Assembly: GCF_036321535.1 (NCBI RefSeq)
Contig: NC_087436.1
Location: 63,986,001-64,050,000, forward strand
DNA from: Camelus dromedarius
Taxonomy: Eukaryota
Length of the DNA stretch: 64,000 nt
Direction: 5' to 3'
The notes beneath the pieces are model-generated. The model was not told the origin of the DNA and did not search any database. It saw only the letters and a list, made by a program, of their open reading frames with translations. The translations under genes and the position numbers were made by a program. Positions 1-14,299 of this stretch are shown one piece after another (the first letter of the stretch is position 1; every line of letters begins with the position of its first letter).

Positions 1-1611
1 CAGTGACGTCTGGAAAGTGCAGGAAATTATTGGCAAGTGCCCTTCCCCCAGCCTAATGTGGAGAGTAGGGGAGACTGTGATAAACCCAACAAGGCTCTGC
101 TTGGCGATGTTTCTGGATTTTCTCCAGGTAAATTACACAGTACTCGCCAAGTCCTCCTCCTCTGCCCCTGGTAAAAGAATGAAAAGAGGGAGTCAGTTTG
201 TCAATACAAGGATCATCTAAATGTGCCATTTAAGTAACGGATTTGCCTTTGAAGGCAACTGTAAGGATGGACCAGGGTCAATATGTTACAAGGGTAAAAA
301 ATTTAATTCATAAATTTCCCCGTTCTTTTTATCTCATTAAAGAGAATGTACTCTTTCCCTATTTAGTTTCCCCCGATGAAGTATGTCTTTGTCAGAATAT
401 CATGATGCAGAATCAGATAATAGAAAGAAGAAAGAAGTAAATGTAGTAAGGAAAGCCTTTTATGAGGCACTAAAATTACCTACATAATAGAAGTAACTAG
501 ATACTCAAAAATAAATCAGGAAAAATCTGCATTGATTGGGAGGTATTGAAAAGGGGGATTTTATCACTTACTTATACTCAATATATTTTGATGTATTGGT
601 TTTAGAGAAAGACAGACTCCAAAGCAATTTAGAGTAGAAGACAATTAGAGAGACAAGAAAAGGGGAAATGAAAAGTTCCAAAATTTGGATATCAGAAGTA
701 TCATTACATTTAGTTTTCTGCATACCTATTTGAATATGATCATGCATAAGATGGAATCTGGAGTTCTAGGATTCATAGTTTGTAATATACTTTTACCATG
801 TAGAGCACTTATTCAGTAAGTAATTTCTGCATTAGATCTTTTATCTGGAATAGTATTTCATTCATGGGGTGAATCAAATTTAAGCCTAGGTGACTGGCCA
901 TAGAATTTCACTGCACCCTAAAGGTTTTTGGTTTACTGGCTTTAGGCATCTTGGGCATCACTTTGCTTTATATTAGTGTTAACATCATTTTTTCTATAAA
1001 TGTTCACTCTAATTTGTAAACATTTAGCCATACATCCTCATTTTTTAGATGATGCAACACTATTCATTTTTCTTGATGGACAGTAGACTCTGTTTTCTCT
1101 GCTCTTGGAAATAACTTGACAGCATATTTCCCTCATGCTCTAAAAGGATGATAAATATAATCAGTGCACAGTGAAATATTTATGTGCATAACTCTGTTTC
1201 TAATGCATTGACAAAGTATCTGTTAGCACCACTTAAATAAAAGTTTAAAATGTTGTGTTTCTCTAATCAGACAAAGGGTATGTCACAAAATCTTTAAAAT
1301 GTAAAGGACTCACACATTTTGGGTGGCATTTTGATGCACTGGTGCAGCAATCTGACAAAATTGTCTCCAATCAGACCTCCCACAAGTGAGGAAATAATTT
1401 ATGCTCAAAGACTGAACACTACTTTTTTATTTCAACCTGGAAAATACTGTTTTAAAAAATGTCTTTTAGAGATATCCTGCTACTGAATAGGAGGGTGAAT
1501 ATAAGTGAAGAGCAAATATAGTCAAAAGAATGACTTTTGATGAGTGGCAATTACTTACTCCTCCACTGAAGAGAATTATGTCAAAGAATCAGTAAAACAG
1601 GGTCCATAGGC

Positions 1612-2520
1612 ACTCATTGAACTCAACAGTCATTTATTAACTATCTTCTTCATGAAAGGCAATGTACTAGGTGGATGTAAAGATGAGAAAACCACAAGCT
1701 GATGTGAAATAAACATGCCAGTTTCTCCATTCTAATGCCAAACATGCTAGAGAGCTACAGTGTGCTATTAGAGAGGGAGAAAATTATGCCGACTGTGGGA
1801 CTGAGGACAACTATATGCCACGTGTAGGTTTAAGTTGAGACTTCAAGGATTGTGACCAGTTGTGATATTGGGGGAATAAGTAATTGAGCAAAAGAGAAAA
1901 GGCACACAGGAAAGGAGGTAGGGAGGAAATGTATGAGTGAATTAATTAGAGGAACTAAGTCCAAAGACACTCCAGAGATTGAATTAATAGAACACAGGGC
2001 ACAATGCTATAAGACTTGGGTAAGAGAGTTAAGGTTGGAAAGTCTTCATTTGGAACATCTTCCTGCAATGTTATGTCCCTAAGTGATACTGAAAATTCAG
2101 AATAAAAGGTAAGTTTTCAGGAAAAGTAAATTGATTCTGTTTTGAAGATGTTTTATTTGGGTTGACTATAGGACATTCAACTAGAAATAACCAGCAAGTA
2201 GTTTAAAATCCTAGTCTCTGGAACACATGAGAAGCTCCAGTTAATTATTCATTCAATGAATAGATATTGAGTATGTATAATATATCAGGCACTATGGTGG
2301 ACACGGAAAGTATAAAAATTAATCAATATGACCCCACTCTTTTGAGGCTTCCAACCTAATGGTGGAGTTAGACCTGTAAACAGACAATTACAAATCAATA
2401 TGACATGTGGTCTCCTTAAAAACAAAGGAGTTATATACAAAAGCCTGTAGAAGGAAAATGGAGGAAAGAGGGGACGTACAACTCCACCTGAGAAGGAGAA
2501 GGGAAAGCTGACTTCAGGAT
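1612..2520 (-). mobile_element. Two degraded L2 fragments
   Basis: L2 3'-end reverse complements at ~1612 (CACTCATT..CAACAGTCATTTATTAA) and ~2245 (ATTCATTCAATGAATAGATATTGAG..CAGGCACT). Confidence 0.6.
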
Positions 2521-2750
2521 TAAGGCAGGGCTGACTGTAGGGAAGGCCAGCCCTGTCTTCTTACTCTTTTTGGCTAGAACTCCTCTCTATGGTTACATCC
2601 TGCTAAGAACTTGCATAGTGGTACCACATCAAGATAATTCTCCTGCATTTAATATATTTCTACATTCATCCTTATATGAACATCTGCACCTTCCACTTTG
2701 CAATGAAAAATTTTCTCATAGGACTGAAGTACGTAACAGGACATTTTGTG

Positions 2751-2754
<4 letters not shown>

Positions 2755-2784
<30 letters not shown>
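2755..2784. repeat. (CA)15 microsatellite
   Basis: Read directly. Confidence 0.97.
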
Positions 2785-2787
<3 letters not shown>

Positions 2788-2789
2788 TT

Positions 2790-3592
2790 TCTGATAAAAA
2801 CTTTTCTCCCCTTTAACTCCAAACTTACACATGTAATTGTCTATTTGTAATCTTCACTTGATCACAAACTTAGGATATTCAAAAAAAGTTTGCTGATAAA
2901 CCTTCCTACCTCTCACTTGCATAACCATTTGCTTCTGCCTCAAGATTCCTCATCTCAGTAAATTGTGCCTTTGTTCTTCTGGTTGCTCAGCCAAAAAATA
3001 TTGGGAGCTGTTTTTCTCACATGCTCACATCCGAAATGGTCTCTCTGATTCTGCCTTGGCTCTCAGGGCAGGATTTAGGGTGATTTAAAAAAATCTGATC
3101 TAGTTATTCTCCAACTATCTCAGAGTAAAAGCCAAAAGTCCTCACCATAATCTATAGGGCCCTAAAGATCTCTCTAATCTCTTCTCTTGAAACATTGCAG
3201 GCAGACACTCACACTCCCCTGCTACATCTCAAATACAACAAGCACATTCCCTTCTCAGGGCCTTTGTACTTACTGTTTCCTCTGCATCAAATGGTCTTTG
3301 CCCAGACATCCCTATACTTACTCTCTCCCCTCATTCGAGACTTTACTTAAATTTCTTGTTTTTAGCAGACAGAACCTACTGGGATCATACTCTCTAAAAG
3401 TTAATCTCCTTCCTCTCACATCCACACATACAATACACTTCCTCTATTTTTTCTTTATTTTGTTTTACTTTTTAATACATACCACTAGAATGTAACTTCC
3501 ATGAGGTCAGAGTTTTATCCACTTTTTTTTCACTATTTTATCCTTTGTATCTAAAACAGTGCCAGAAACAGAGGAGGTGACCAATAAATACG
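2790..3592 (+). mobile_element. L2 (LINE2) 3' fragment
   Basis: Typical L2 motifs: CTCAGGGCCTTTGTACTTACTGTTTCCTCTGC; CTAGAATGTAACTTCCATGAGG; CAGTGCC...CAATAAATA end. Confidence 0.8.
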
Positions 3593-3660
3593 TCAAAGTC
3601 ATACTTTAAAGCTAAATGAAGTATAACCCTTGAATAACTGCTAAATGTATTCCTTTAATA

Positions 3661-3765
3661 GGAAGGAAGGAAGGAAGGAAGGGATTAGGAAATAAAGGAG
3701 GAATGAGAGGGAAGAGGGAGGGGAGAGAGGAAGAGGAAAAAAAGAAAAGAACAAAGAGAGGGAAA
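3661..3765. repeat. (GGAA)5 plus GA-rich low complexity
   Basis: Read directly. Confidence 0.88.
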
Positions 3766-6700
3766 ACATTTTTCAAGACAATTTACAGGATATCCATGCA
3801 AGACACTTGCTCACAGTACAAGAGTCTCACTCTCAGATCTTCCTGCCTTAAGCTCATCTAGAGCTTAAAATGAATGTAGGACCGAATTATCAGAGATGTT
3901 GAAATTAAAGAAAGAATGCACATATGAGAAAAAAAGGAATCCAAGAGGCAAATTTTGCTTAGGATCAGTTAGCTCCTCTGTAACATTTGACTTTTCCCAA
4001 TTACCAAATTAGAAGTCATCACTCCATTTTTTTCATTTTTCTCAACATTATTCTGTGTATAAGCCTCTGACAGTACTGCTGGAAGCCAGAATAACTGATT
4101 TCATGTTTTCAATTACTTCTACCTGACTGTGAAATAGAAGGCCATGATAGAGTTTCACTTATCTTTGACCCTCCAGTCTAGCATGCCACTTATCACGTAA
4201 TAAGTCATCAATAAATGTTGACTGATTTTAAGTGTGTGCGGAATAGAGAAATGTAAAGAACAACCTTAGAAGTACAAACTTACTCAACTTTAACATTAAT
4301 AGACACCTCTAGCCCTCATTCCCCATCCTGTCCTTTTAATATGGTCAGATTTGAATGAGGTGAAAAACACACACATACATTTTTTTTCCTATGTAGCCGT
4401 GTCCCCAAGTTCTCAGTCTTCTATGTCACCCTTCAACCTACCCTGAAATTTAAACATTATTTACCTAGAGACTATTCCTTGATGACTACTAGATATCCGG
4501 TCCCTTCTACCAGTAGTTTTGGTATTTGCTGTTCATCTCTGATCAGTGCATGCCCATTGCTCAAAAAGTTGTGGGTCTCTTTGACTCACTTTCACTACAA
4601 AATACACATACCAACCTCTCCCTCTATCATTTAAATTACCACTCATCTAAGACCTTTGAATTGAACATTCTAAGTGTTAAGAAATAACATAACAATAAAA
4701 CTAAAATTAATCCTCAAGTCTAGAAGATCTCCTCTTACTCTATGTCCCTGGTGGTTGTCCTTCCCCTTCACCACAATTTGTCACCATGATCCTAGAGCTT
4801 ACCTCTTCAATTAGAGACCCCTTCCTAAATTCTCTCTTCATTAAGCCCCTGGACTCCACATCTGGTCTGAGTCCTCACATAACAATAATTACCTGTACAG
4901 AGATAGCCCTACTTGAAACAATTCCACTGTGAAACAGATTTGTTTAGCATCCTAGCCTGAAACATTTGCTTTCGGATTATTCTCAATTTGAGTGTCTCTA
5001 TAGAAAAGTGGAATTATATTTTTGGTATTTACCTAACATCTGCATGACTAGAAATACTCTCAAAAGTGTTAGCTTCTAGGAACAAGGGAGAGTCTGTGAT
5101 AAAAAATTATGGCTTCTATCCTTAGAGCTATTGAGAGTTCAGGAATATCAGAGTTCAGTCTCAACATATTCAACAAATTAATGTAAGCACAGCAATTGAA
5201 ATTATGGCTCTATTTAAGTAGTAGTAAGCATTGACGACTCTACAACTTAGTGCCAAGGAAAGTAGGACCACTTATAAATATCCTCAAACATTCAGAAACT
5301 CATTCTGAGTCCTGGAGTTATTGCAGTGAGGTGCCAAAAACAATTTTTGATAATAAACGTTTCTGAGTACTTATAAGGATATAAACCTGATTGTCCAGTG
5401 AATGAATGGTGATAATTTTAAATTTGAACTGAAGTTACTTTCCTAAAATTTCCATTTACTGAAACTTTCCAATAAATAATAATTGCTTTGGGTTATATTT
5501 TGAGAATTGCACGCTGATACCAGTTGCTTTGCTTAAATGTGTTTGAATCTTCACAGCCCTTCAAGGTGGGTCTTTCCTGTTTTTTTCAGGCAAACACACA
5601 TAAGAAAACATTTAATGGCTCTAAGGCTCATTCTCTGAGTCCACTATACTATACTGCTCCAAAGAGAGTGAACAGAATAAACCATTTACTAGACTGATCC
5701 ATGAAACATTGAAGAATCCCATGAAGTTAAGAATAATACAAAGTGTAGCCTGAAGATAATTATTGCAGCTCAAACACATATTAATTATCACTGAGACATC
5801 TTTATCATTCATCAATGTTTCTCTTATCTTTGACATTGTGCTTATATATACTTCATAGGCAAGTGAATTCTAAAATTTTCTTCTAACCACATTCTGTCAT
5901 ATGAATGATCCATCTCTTGCCTAGTCTTTCAAATCACATTTACAAAACACATTATCTATACTTTTTTCGCAAATAAATTTTAAACATAATCTGTGTTCAT
6001 CAAAAGTTCTTATTGCATTCTTACTACAAACAAAGAAGGCCTCTCATTTCTGCAAAGCTATTTGTGAAGGGTGAGGGGAAAAGGAGGGGTTAATTTGAAG
6101 AGTTTTACATCACAAAGGTCATCCACAGAGCAAAGATTAAGAACCTCTGTAAAACAAAATTCAAAATGAAATCTTTCTTGAGATCCAAGGCTAAGAAAAT
6201 ACCATTTGTTTTAACAATGTATTAAATAAAATACTTAACACATTAGTATGCACAGGTGGTACTTACTAAACACCATTTTAATACTATGATTTGTAATGAA
6301 TTTAAACAAAGCTTGCCGCAGACTATGGTGAATTTTCACATATACCTGTTTTTAGCATTGTCATTTAAATGCATTACTTTAAGATTTATGAAACATCTTT
6401 TAAAAAAATATCTCTTCCTAAGTGTTGCTTCTATAGTGTGTTCAAGTGCTAACAGTATTAAATAATTAATTGATTTTTTTTTAATTGCCCAGATTCCTGT
6501 AGGCATTTCGCATATACTCCTATGAATAGTTAAGTGCAATCCAAACATCAGATACTTACATATTTTGCACCTAATTCAACTGAGCTAGAAAAAGAATTTA
6601 ATTTTTCCCAATTTCTTCTCAAATTAATCGTATGTGTTTTAAAATGAAGTAAGGGGTCAACTTGGTTAAGACTACTTAAAAACTAAAATAAACACAAAGA

Positions 6701-6933
6701 ATTCTAAATTTCAGTTAAAATGTTATAGGCTGCAGTAGAAATAATAAAACTTCCTCCTTTAATATTTAAAAAAATTAAATGTTTTTAAATATTAAAAAAA
6801 TCTAAAGGCACACAGGAATTAGTGTTTTCTTAGTGTACTATAACTGCTGAATTTTACACATTTCCTTAAAGTATACTAATTTTTCTATTGACTGAGTTTT
6901 TTCAGAGACTTCATTTATCCTAGTGTGTACTCA

Positions 6934-7197
6934 TTTTTTTTAAATTGAAGTATAGTCAGTTTACAATGTTGTGTCAATTTCTAGTGTACAGGGTAATAGT
7001 TCAGTCATACATATACATACATTTATTTGTTTTCATATTCTTTTTCATGATGAGTTACTACAATATATTAAATATAGTTCTCTGTGCTATGCAGTATAAA
7101 CTTGTTGTTTATCTATTTTATATACAGTAGTTAGTATCTGCAAATCTTGAACTCCCAATTTATCACTTCCCATCCCCTTCCTGCCCTGGTGGCCATG
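6934..7197 (-). mobile_element. Short L1 3' UTR fragment (artiodactyl/camelid type)
   Basis: T run followed by ATTGAAGTATAGTCAGTTTACAATGTTGTGTCAATTTCT...; closely similar to the copy at ~52175-52437. Confidence 0.8.
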
Positions 7198-7721
7198 TTA
7201 GTATGTGAATAGATTTTATTTCTGGTCTAGATCTTAAACTGTGCACTACAGACGTATCCTAAAAATGATTTAACAAAGCAAATAATATTGAGGGTTCCAG
7301 CTTTCCAGGTTTTAAATGCTGGATTGAAGAATGACTGATAAACACTAAATAAATGAGGGAAGATCCAAGAAATATACTACCCATATTTATCATGATTAAA
7401 TATGCTTTATGGTTTATGCTTTATGAACCTCTTATATCTGAGATGCCTGGGGCTTGCAGTCTACTTTATTTTACAGTAGGCAAGGCAAAGAAAGAATGAC
7501 ATTTTCGTTGGCCTAAGCCCCCATTCAATACTAAGGGAAAAAGTATTCAACTTCATACAGATGAAAGAGACTGAGCTTTGGAACTGACAAATCTTTGTTC
7601 CAATCCTGCGCATGCCCTTTGTTAACTTTTGGAAATTAAATAAGTTCTTTAATTTATTTTAACCTGAGTTTCTTCATTCATGAAGTGATACACTTGTAGG
7701 TATTCCTACGTATATAGGAAT

Positions 7722-8254
7722 TGTCAAGGAGGGGGAGATTTCTCCCTCTACCACTCTTGAGTGCTTGTGGCTGGACTAATAGAAAAACAATGACACAGGA
7801 CAGATTCACAGGAGAAGAAGAAACAAATTTTAAATTCATGAACACAGAGTTCCCATTGAAATGGAGCTAAGAAGTGGCCAAAGCAGGCAGCTTTTATACG
7901 TTTTAGACAAATAATAAATTTGTGAGAAATTGACAGGACAAAGAAACTTGGGGTTTGGGTGCTCAGTTAGTGAAGAATCTAAACAGAGTTGGGGCTTGGG
8001 GTAGTAAAGTAACAAGGTTTGCTTATATAGGCTTTCCAGCTCTAAATTCCCTATCTTTGGTGATAAGAGTGTCCATCCACCTCCGGATGCAGAGAGTGCA
8101 CCTTTCATATGAGATACTTATTTTTCCCTTTCCGGGGGACAGGGGAGGGTCATGGTTTCCTTCCTGCATAGGCTGCTTCTCAAGCAACTTCAATTCAAAG
8201 TAATCAGTATGCCATTGTGGCATATTTTGGGGTGGCCTGCCATGATCTCCAAGA
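7722..8254 (-). mobile_element. ERV1 solo LTR (MER34/MER39-like) inserted in a MIR
   Basis: Element-strand start ...GCCACCCCAAAATATGCCAC..., TATAAAA (reverse complement at 7892-7898), TG terminus at 7722, and 4-bp TSD GAAT at 7718-7721 and 8255-8258. Confidence 0.82.
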
Positions 8255-9139
8255 GAATACAAATACGTATTTAAAACTCTTGGTCTATAGTAGGCATTCA
8301 ATTCCTGGATAGCCTGACCCTCTATTGATAAATATTCTATTCAGCAAATCAAAACAGTTAATTAACAGCAAACAACGTTAACCAAATCTGAGGTATGTGT
8401 AAAATGACTAAAACTCATAGTGTGCTCTGCCTCTTGGAATCAAATCCCGCAATGAACGTTCCTCATTTAGCTAATACACAAGTGTTATGATAAATACCTC
8501 AAACAGTTGCTTTCATAGTGGGCTTTGCCAGGTCTTGTCCTGGATATGCCTCTTACTTAGATGCTGAAGACACTTTTGCTTGGAGCACATTTCAGCCTTA
8601 GATGAGGGGAGCCTCTATCTATTCATAACATTGCTAGTCCCTTTTCTTTGCTCTTTCTGAAGCAATTCTTGCTCATAAAAATTAGGAAGTGTGATGTGTG
8701 TGTAAGTGTATGTCTCCTTTCCAGCCTCTTCCATCAAAAATGCCAGTCCTTACCTTCCCTTTCAAGGAAAATTCTTGTTTTCCTTAATTTTCTTGTGCAT
8801 GCTTTGAGGTATATGTGACTTTATTTTCTTGTGGTCTTTATATCCTGTTTGAAGTTCATTTTCCAGATTGAGGATTCATACAAAAGAAGTATAGAATTTC
8901 TAGGGGCACTCATGAATGCACTTAGTGAAATTATGTAAGATATGTGTCACTGCTAAATCTGACTCACTGAGATTCAGTTAAAAGGTCAACTCTACCATTA
9001 AAGTTTCCCTAATTAGCCGAGTCCTCCTCAGAACTCCAATGGCAATTTATAACACTCTCACCTCATATACTTGGCCTTATATTACAGTTTTGTATGTACA
9101 TGGCTTCATTTTTTTTAAGCACCTGGGAACAGCATGAAG

Positions 9140-9420
9140 AAAAAAAGAACATGGACTTTGGTTATCACACAAGCTCAAGTTGAAATTCCAGTCTCACTAT
9201 TACTGACTGTGTGGCCTTAAAAGTTACCTTAATCTTGGCTCAATTACTTACATACTGTTTGACACTTAATTTCTCTATGTCCAAATCTTCTCATCTATAA
9301 AATGCAGAAAACAACAGTTTTTAGTTAATATACAAATATTGTGGTGAATAAATAAGATATCTCATGTTAAGTGTTTAGAACAGTTACTGGTACATGGTAA
9401 ATGCATTAAAATATTAACTT
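9140..9420 (+). mobile_element. MIR SINE (probably two nested pieces)
   Basis: TTACTGACTGTGTGGCCTT...TCTCATCTATAAAATG...GTTTAGAACAG..CTGGTACATGGTAAATGC. Confidence 0.7.
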
Positions 9421-9896
9421 TTATAATAATAAGGATTATGTTATATAATTATTCTTATTATCAAAATCTCCAAATTTGATTTTTAAAATATGTATAACCA
9501 TACTTTCTTTTCAGGGATACTGTATGAGTTAAATGTAATATTTTATGAATAGAATGTCTAGAATATTTTCTGACAACTGATGTATATTTTGTAAATATAG
9601 TACTATTTTCTACCTCAAACACTAGTTAAAATCTAATTTTCTTCAAAACAGATAGAATGTTTTACTCATTTTTGAAAGTCTTAAATCTTTTTGTACATAA
9701 TTGGATCTCAATAAACATTTGTTGAATTAAATTAAATCAAACTGAGTCAAATAGAATTGACCCGAATAGCATTCTACGAAATAAATTTTTGTTGGTGGGC
9801 CTAGTTTTTATCAGCAATCTTCAGTGGTTTATCATTTCTGATTTTGAGAATTTGCAGTTTCTGACAAATAGTACTAACATTTGCTATTCAATTTTA

Positions 9897-10035
9897 TCTT
9901 TTGTTGTTGTTGGGGGAGGTAATTAGGTGTATTTATTTATTTACTTATTTATTTTAAGTGGAGGTACTGGGGATTGAACCCTGGACCTTGTGCGTACTAG
10001 GCATACACTCTGTCACTGAGCTGTACCCTCACCCC
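9897..10035 (-). mobile_element. tRNA-Ala-derived SINE (Vic-1-type)
   Basis: Reverse complement of the 35221 element (GGGGAGGTAATTAGG...GGAGGTACTGGGGATTGAACCC...CACTGAGCT). TSD TGCTATTC-NN-TTTTA at 9882-9896 and 10036-10050. Confidence 0.88.
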
Positions 10036-10574
10036 TGCTATTCTCTTTTAAATAATTTAAAGATTTCCCCTCTTTCTCCAGTCTTGTGGAGAAATCTGTT
10101 TTTTTTTTCTTAAACCTAAAGAAAATAATCTGCTGAAATTCATAGAGAATTTAAATGAGAAGTATTCTATATACTCAACATCAAAATCCAGAAATACCTA
10201 AAGGAAAAATGATAAGTTTGTGAAACTATCAAGTGAAGACATTTGATTTAACAAACAATTGTTGAATGCATATTATATTTACTTCAAGGATGGACATTAT
10301 GGGCAACAAAGACATTTAAGAAATAATAATTTTATATTTTTAATAGGTAACAATATTTTAAGTGAAACAAGGCATGTAACTGAATGAAAAAATTGTTGAT
10401 TCTTATGGTATTCATGAAACAAAGTACTTCATGAATCCTGAAAATAAGAATATTTCCAGCTGAAAGTGAGAAAAGACTAAATGTAGTATCTGAGCTGTCT
10501 TAAAGGAGGTATAAATGTATTGACAAGTCAAGATGGAGAGAAGAGTACCAGCAGACTTTCCAGAGTGAAGAGAG

Positions 10575-11024
10575 TCTTAGTGGGTTGAATTATGTCCTGA
10601 AAAAGACAGGTTCCAGTCTTACCCTCTGGTACCTATGAATTGACCTTATTTGGAAATAGGATTTTTGCAGTTGTAATCAAATTAAGTTGAAGTCATCCTC
10701 GATTAGGGTGGGCATGCTATCCGATGGTTGGTGTCCTTATAAAGAGAAGGAGATTTGGAGATGCTTGGATACACACGGCAAATAAAGCTTATTCCCTCTG
10801 ACTGGCAGAGACTGGAGAGATGCAGCTATAATCCAAGGAACACCAAGGATTGCTTGCACCCACCAGAAGGAAAGAAGAGGCAGAGTCTTCCCTAGAGTCT
10901 TCAGAGGGAGCCTGACCCTGCTGACAGCTGGATTTCAGACTTCAAACTGTGAGGCAAGTTTCTATTGTTTTTAAACCCCCGAGTTGTGATTATCTGTTAT
11001 AAAAAGCCCTAAGAAACTAATGCA
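10575..11024 (+). mobile_element. MaLR solo LTR (MLT1B/C-like)
   Basis: TAGTGGGTTGAAT...GACCTTATTTGGAAATAGG...GATTAGGGTGGGC...AGCCCTAAGAAACTAATGCA. Confidence 0.85.
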
Positions 11025-11084
11025 GTGGTCAAAAAGATGTCTTCAACAGTTTACCTCTTCTGTTGGAGTGGACTTTAATGAAGA

Positions 11085-11300
11085 TAATTTGAGCTTTAAT
11101 CCTAATTTAAATCCTGAATATGCCATTTTTACTAGATGTGTAGCTGTGGGTAAATTAATTAACTTCTCCTAGCCTCAACTTCACTATAAAGAGGATATGA
11201 TGATTCCCACCTTACAAGTTTTTTTTAATTTTCTTGTAGATCAATTGAGATAAAGTGTATATGTTATCTGATACACAGCAGATATTCAATCAAGATTAAC
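11085..11300 (+). mobile_element. MIR SINE
   Basis: TTTAAATCCTG..TGCCATTTTTACTAGATGTGTAGCTGTGGGTAAATTAATTAACTTCTC..GCCTCA. Confidence 0.62.
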
Positions 11301-11984
11301 AGTGATAGTGTAATTAGTGATGACTTTTATACAGGAGCTATTGCTGATTGCAATTACCAAGAGCACTGATGGTGGCGTGATAATTAATAAAATAGATAAC
11401 CTCAGAGTTTAAATTATGCCTCGTTTAAATTTACTTAAGATTTTGAAGATCTAAGATGTACCTGTGACTTTTTAAAATTTTTGAAGAGTCAAGTTTTTTT
11501 TTGGAAAACAGGTAAGTTTTAGTTACTAGATACACCAGAATTTTTTTTTCTCTTTTTTCATAGTCACAAGCGATACAACTGACTGTAACTATCATGTTTG
11601 ATTGGCATTGGTAGTAGTCAGACAATATGATTAAATTAACACATGTTATTTTGTAGCCGGTTGGCAATATGTTGGCATTATATTAAATAGTATTAGATAT
11701 GGTACAAGAAATGGACACATTTCTGGGTACTGCATATAATTGTGTAACTTAAGGAGTCACATAGTCCCAGCTTTATTCACTTTTGATAAATAGAAGACAA
11801 CAGTACCACGTGCTTTGACCATGCTTCTCAAAATAAGGTTTAGAAGGTAGGTACAGCACTGTGCCAGGTGACACCTGGCAACTCTAGCAGATAAACAGTA
11901 TAGATGTTTTAAGGCATATTTTAGGGAGACTTCTAAAAGGAATTAAGTGTGTAATACCAAAGCAAGCACAACAATGAACAGAGT

Positions 11985-12191
11985 TAACAGTGCAGGTTCT
12001 AAAGCCAAAGAGCCTCAGCTCATTTTCTTTGGCCATTCATTAACTTTGTGAACTTGGGCAAGTTTCCTAACCTAGGTATGCCTCAGTTTTCCTCATCTAT
12101 AAAGTGGGGAGAATCATTAGTATCAAAGTATTTAATATGAATATTAACTAAGCTAATACATGTAAGCCACTTAAAAGTACAGTGCCTGACA
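11985..12191 (+). mobile_element. MIR SINE (interrupted by the hAT element)
   Basis: TGTGAACTTGGGCAAGTTTCCTAACC..TGCCTCAGTTTTCCTCATCTATAAAGTGGG...ACAGTGCCTGACAC. Confidence 0.78.
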
Positions 12192-12192
12192 C

Positions 12193-13175
12193 CAGAGTTG
12201 AATTTACCATGAAGCTGTAAACCTTAGTGTTGGGTTTGTTTCTTTGCCTTGCTCATTTCAAGCCTTGGGAGGCACACTTGCAATGTTTCACAAGCTCACA
12301 TCTTTTTATAAATATGCAAAAATAAAACATTTATCTATAATCTCTTAAGACATATGTCTGTTTCCATTCTGATTCCCTTTTCATCAGCTTTCTTTCATGT
12401 CGAATGAATTGGAGTGGCCCTGGTATTTCAGAACCAGCTATGGGTAAGCTGAGTTGGGGAGTAAAGGTGTTGTAGAATAGCTTGCATGTATAGTTAAGGT
12501 ACTACTGACTATCCTGGTGAAGGAATATATTCCAGGATTACTCCTTGCATACTGTGCTGATTTGTCCAGTGTCATAACATGATGGTACAGGACAAAAGGA
12601 TGAACTTATACTGAAGCACCTGGTGGTGGAAGTGTGTGGGTAGTTGAGAAGAAACAAGGTTTGAATGTATGCAGCCAGAATCTAGTTTCTAGAAAATTCT
12701 TCCAAGTCTTGTAGCTTATACATGAAATAAAGTCCATAAAGATTTCCCCAAATTTGAGCAGCCCCCAAAAATTGACATCAATAATGTCATAAATAATGAG
12801 TTGTGATGCTAAAGAAGTTTTTCTAATGTATTATTAAAAAATAATAACCAATCAGTTATGCTAGAGGGACACTACATTATCTTTCTATTCTCTCTGTAGT
12901 AAGTGACAGTTTACGATTCTTGCCATAAAAAGGCAAATCAAAGGGTATGAAGACAAAAGAAAAGGAAAAGAAAGTAGTTCAGAGGTATGTTATGCATTTA
13001 ATTAATAAAGATGTTTTATTTTTCCTGGATTTTATGATCCTTGTGATATTTGCAGTGATTTCTCATTCTAAGTAAATGTTCCCTTACATACTTAATTTTA
13101 TATACGTAATTTTATATTCATTTTCTTAATGAGCCAACAAAATTTTATAAGCTTCAGAATCTACAAAACCTGGAT
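12193..13175 (+). mobile_element. hAT-Tip100 DNA transposon fossil (Arthur1B/MER69B-like)
   Basis: Ends GAATTTACCATGAAGCT... and ...TATAAGCTTCAGAATCTACAAAACCTGGAT resemble the recalled consensus. Degenerate hAT dimerisation-domain codons (FPNL...SCDA...YLSILS) at ~12740-12900. Confidence 0.7.
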
Positions 13176-13523
13176 AGGGTGTATATTAAGTATTACGTAA
13201 TAAAACCACAGAGCCATTAAAACCTGTGTGTGAATATATATAAACATAAACACATACATACATATACATACAAATGTTTCAAGTGCCTAATTTTTAAATA
13301 TAACTCTGAGAGTCCAAAGAAATTTACAGCTCACAGAGAGAGAGCAAACTCTACCATGGAATTCTGAGATTGTCTGTTTTATTGAAACCATTCAGCAAAC
13401 ATTTATTGAGCTCCCATTAAGTGTTGACTGGAATACAAATTGAACACTTCACTGCCTTCATCTTCAAGGAGCAGAATATCTAGAGAGAGAGAGAATTGCT
13501 GTAAGATAAATGAATGAAAATGA

Positions 13524-13614
13524 TGGAAGGAAGAAAGGAAGGAAGGTGGAAGGAAGGTAGAAGGAAGGAAAGAAGAAAGAAGGGAAAGAAAGAAGCAGGG
13601 AGGGAGGGAGGAAA
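13524..13614. repeat. Degenerate (GGAA)n/(GGGA)n repeat
   Basis: Read directly. Confidence 0.88.
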
Positions 13615-14299
13615 TGTGGCAACATTTCTACTTCATTTTGTTTTCTTGAGACCTTGGATTTTGTTATATCTCTTATTATTTTCTGAGTATTAGTCATCCT
13701 CATGTCATCCCCAAGAGAAATTTGTTAACAATAGTAAGCAAATAACTAGAATGCAAAATATTTCCAGATATTACTAAGTCAAAAGAGGGTTTCAGCAATA
13801 ATGTTTGACAAGCAAAACATGGTTTAGAAGAAAAATTTGAAAAGAGAAAAACGGACATAGGTGTTTTCCCCTTTAGGTAACTGATATTACCCTGGAAACT
13901 CAAAATCCAAATTTTATAAAACCCCTGAGAGCTATTTCTCAACATAATATAGAAAACCTCTTTATAAAATGAAGATTAAATTTAATTATTTTTGAAATAA
14001 GCTAAAAAATAGCCAACTGACAAAAGTAGGGAATCAGCCTGAAGATACGGAAGCAAAGATAGTAAGTTACACAAATCAATGGAAAAGCTTTGGTGAATTA
14101 ACATAAGGAAGTAAAAAAGAAGAGCACAGGAATCAATTGTAACATCTTTACTGGGTCCCTCATCAGGTAATGAGTTAAATAAAATCTTTGATGTGTTCAT
14201 TTTATATTTCCATGAAAGTCTTAATTTTATCATCTTAAAACCCATCCACCAAGATGCCCAGTGGCTTCACATGACAGAGACTGATAAAATGTGCTGCCA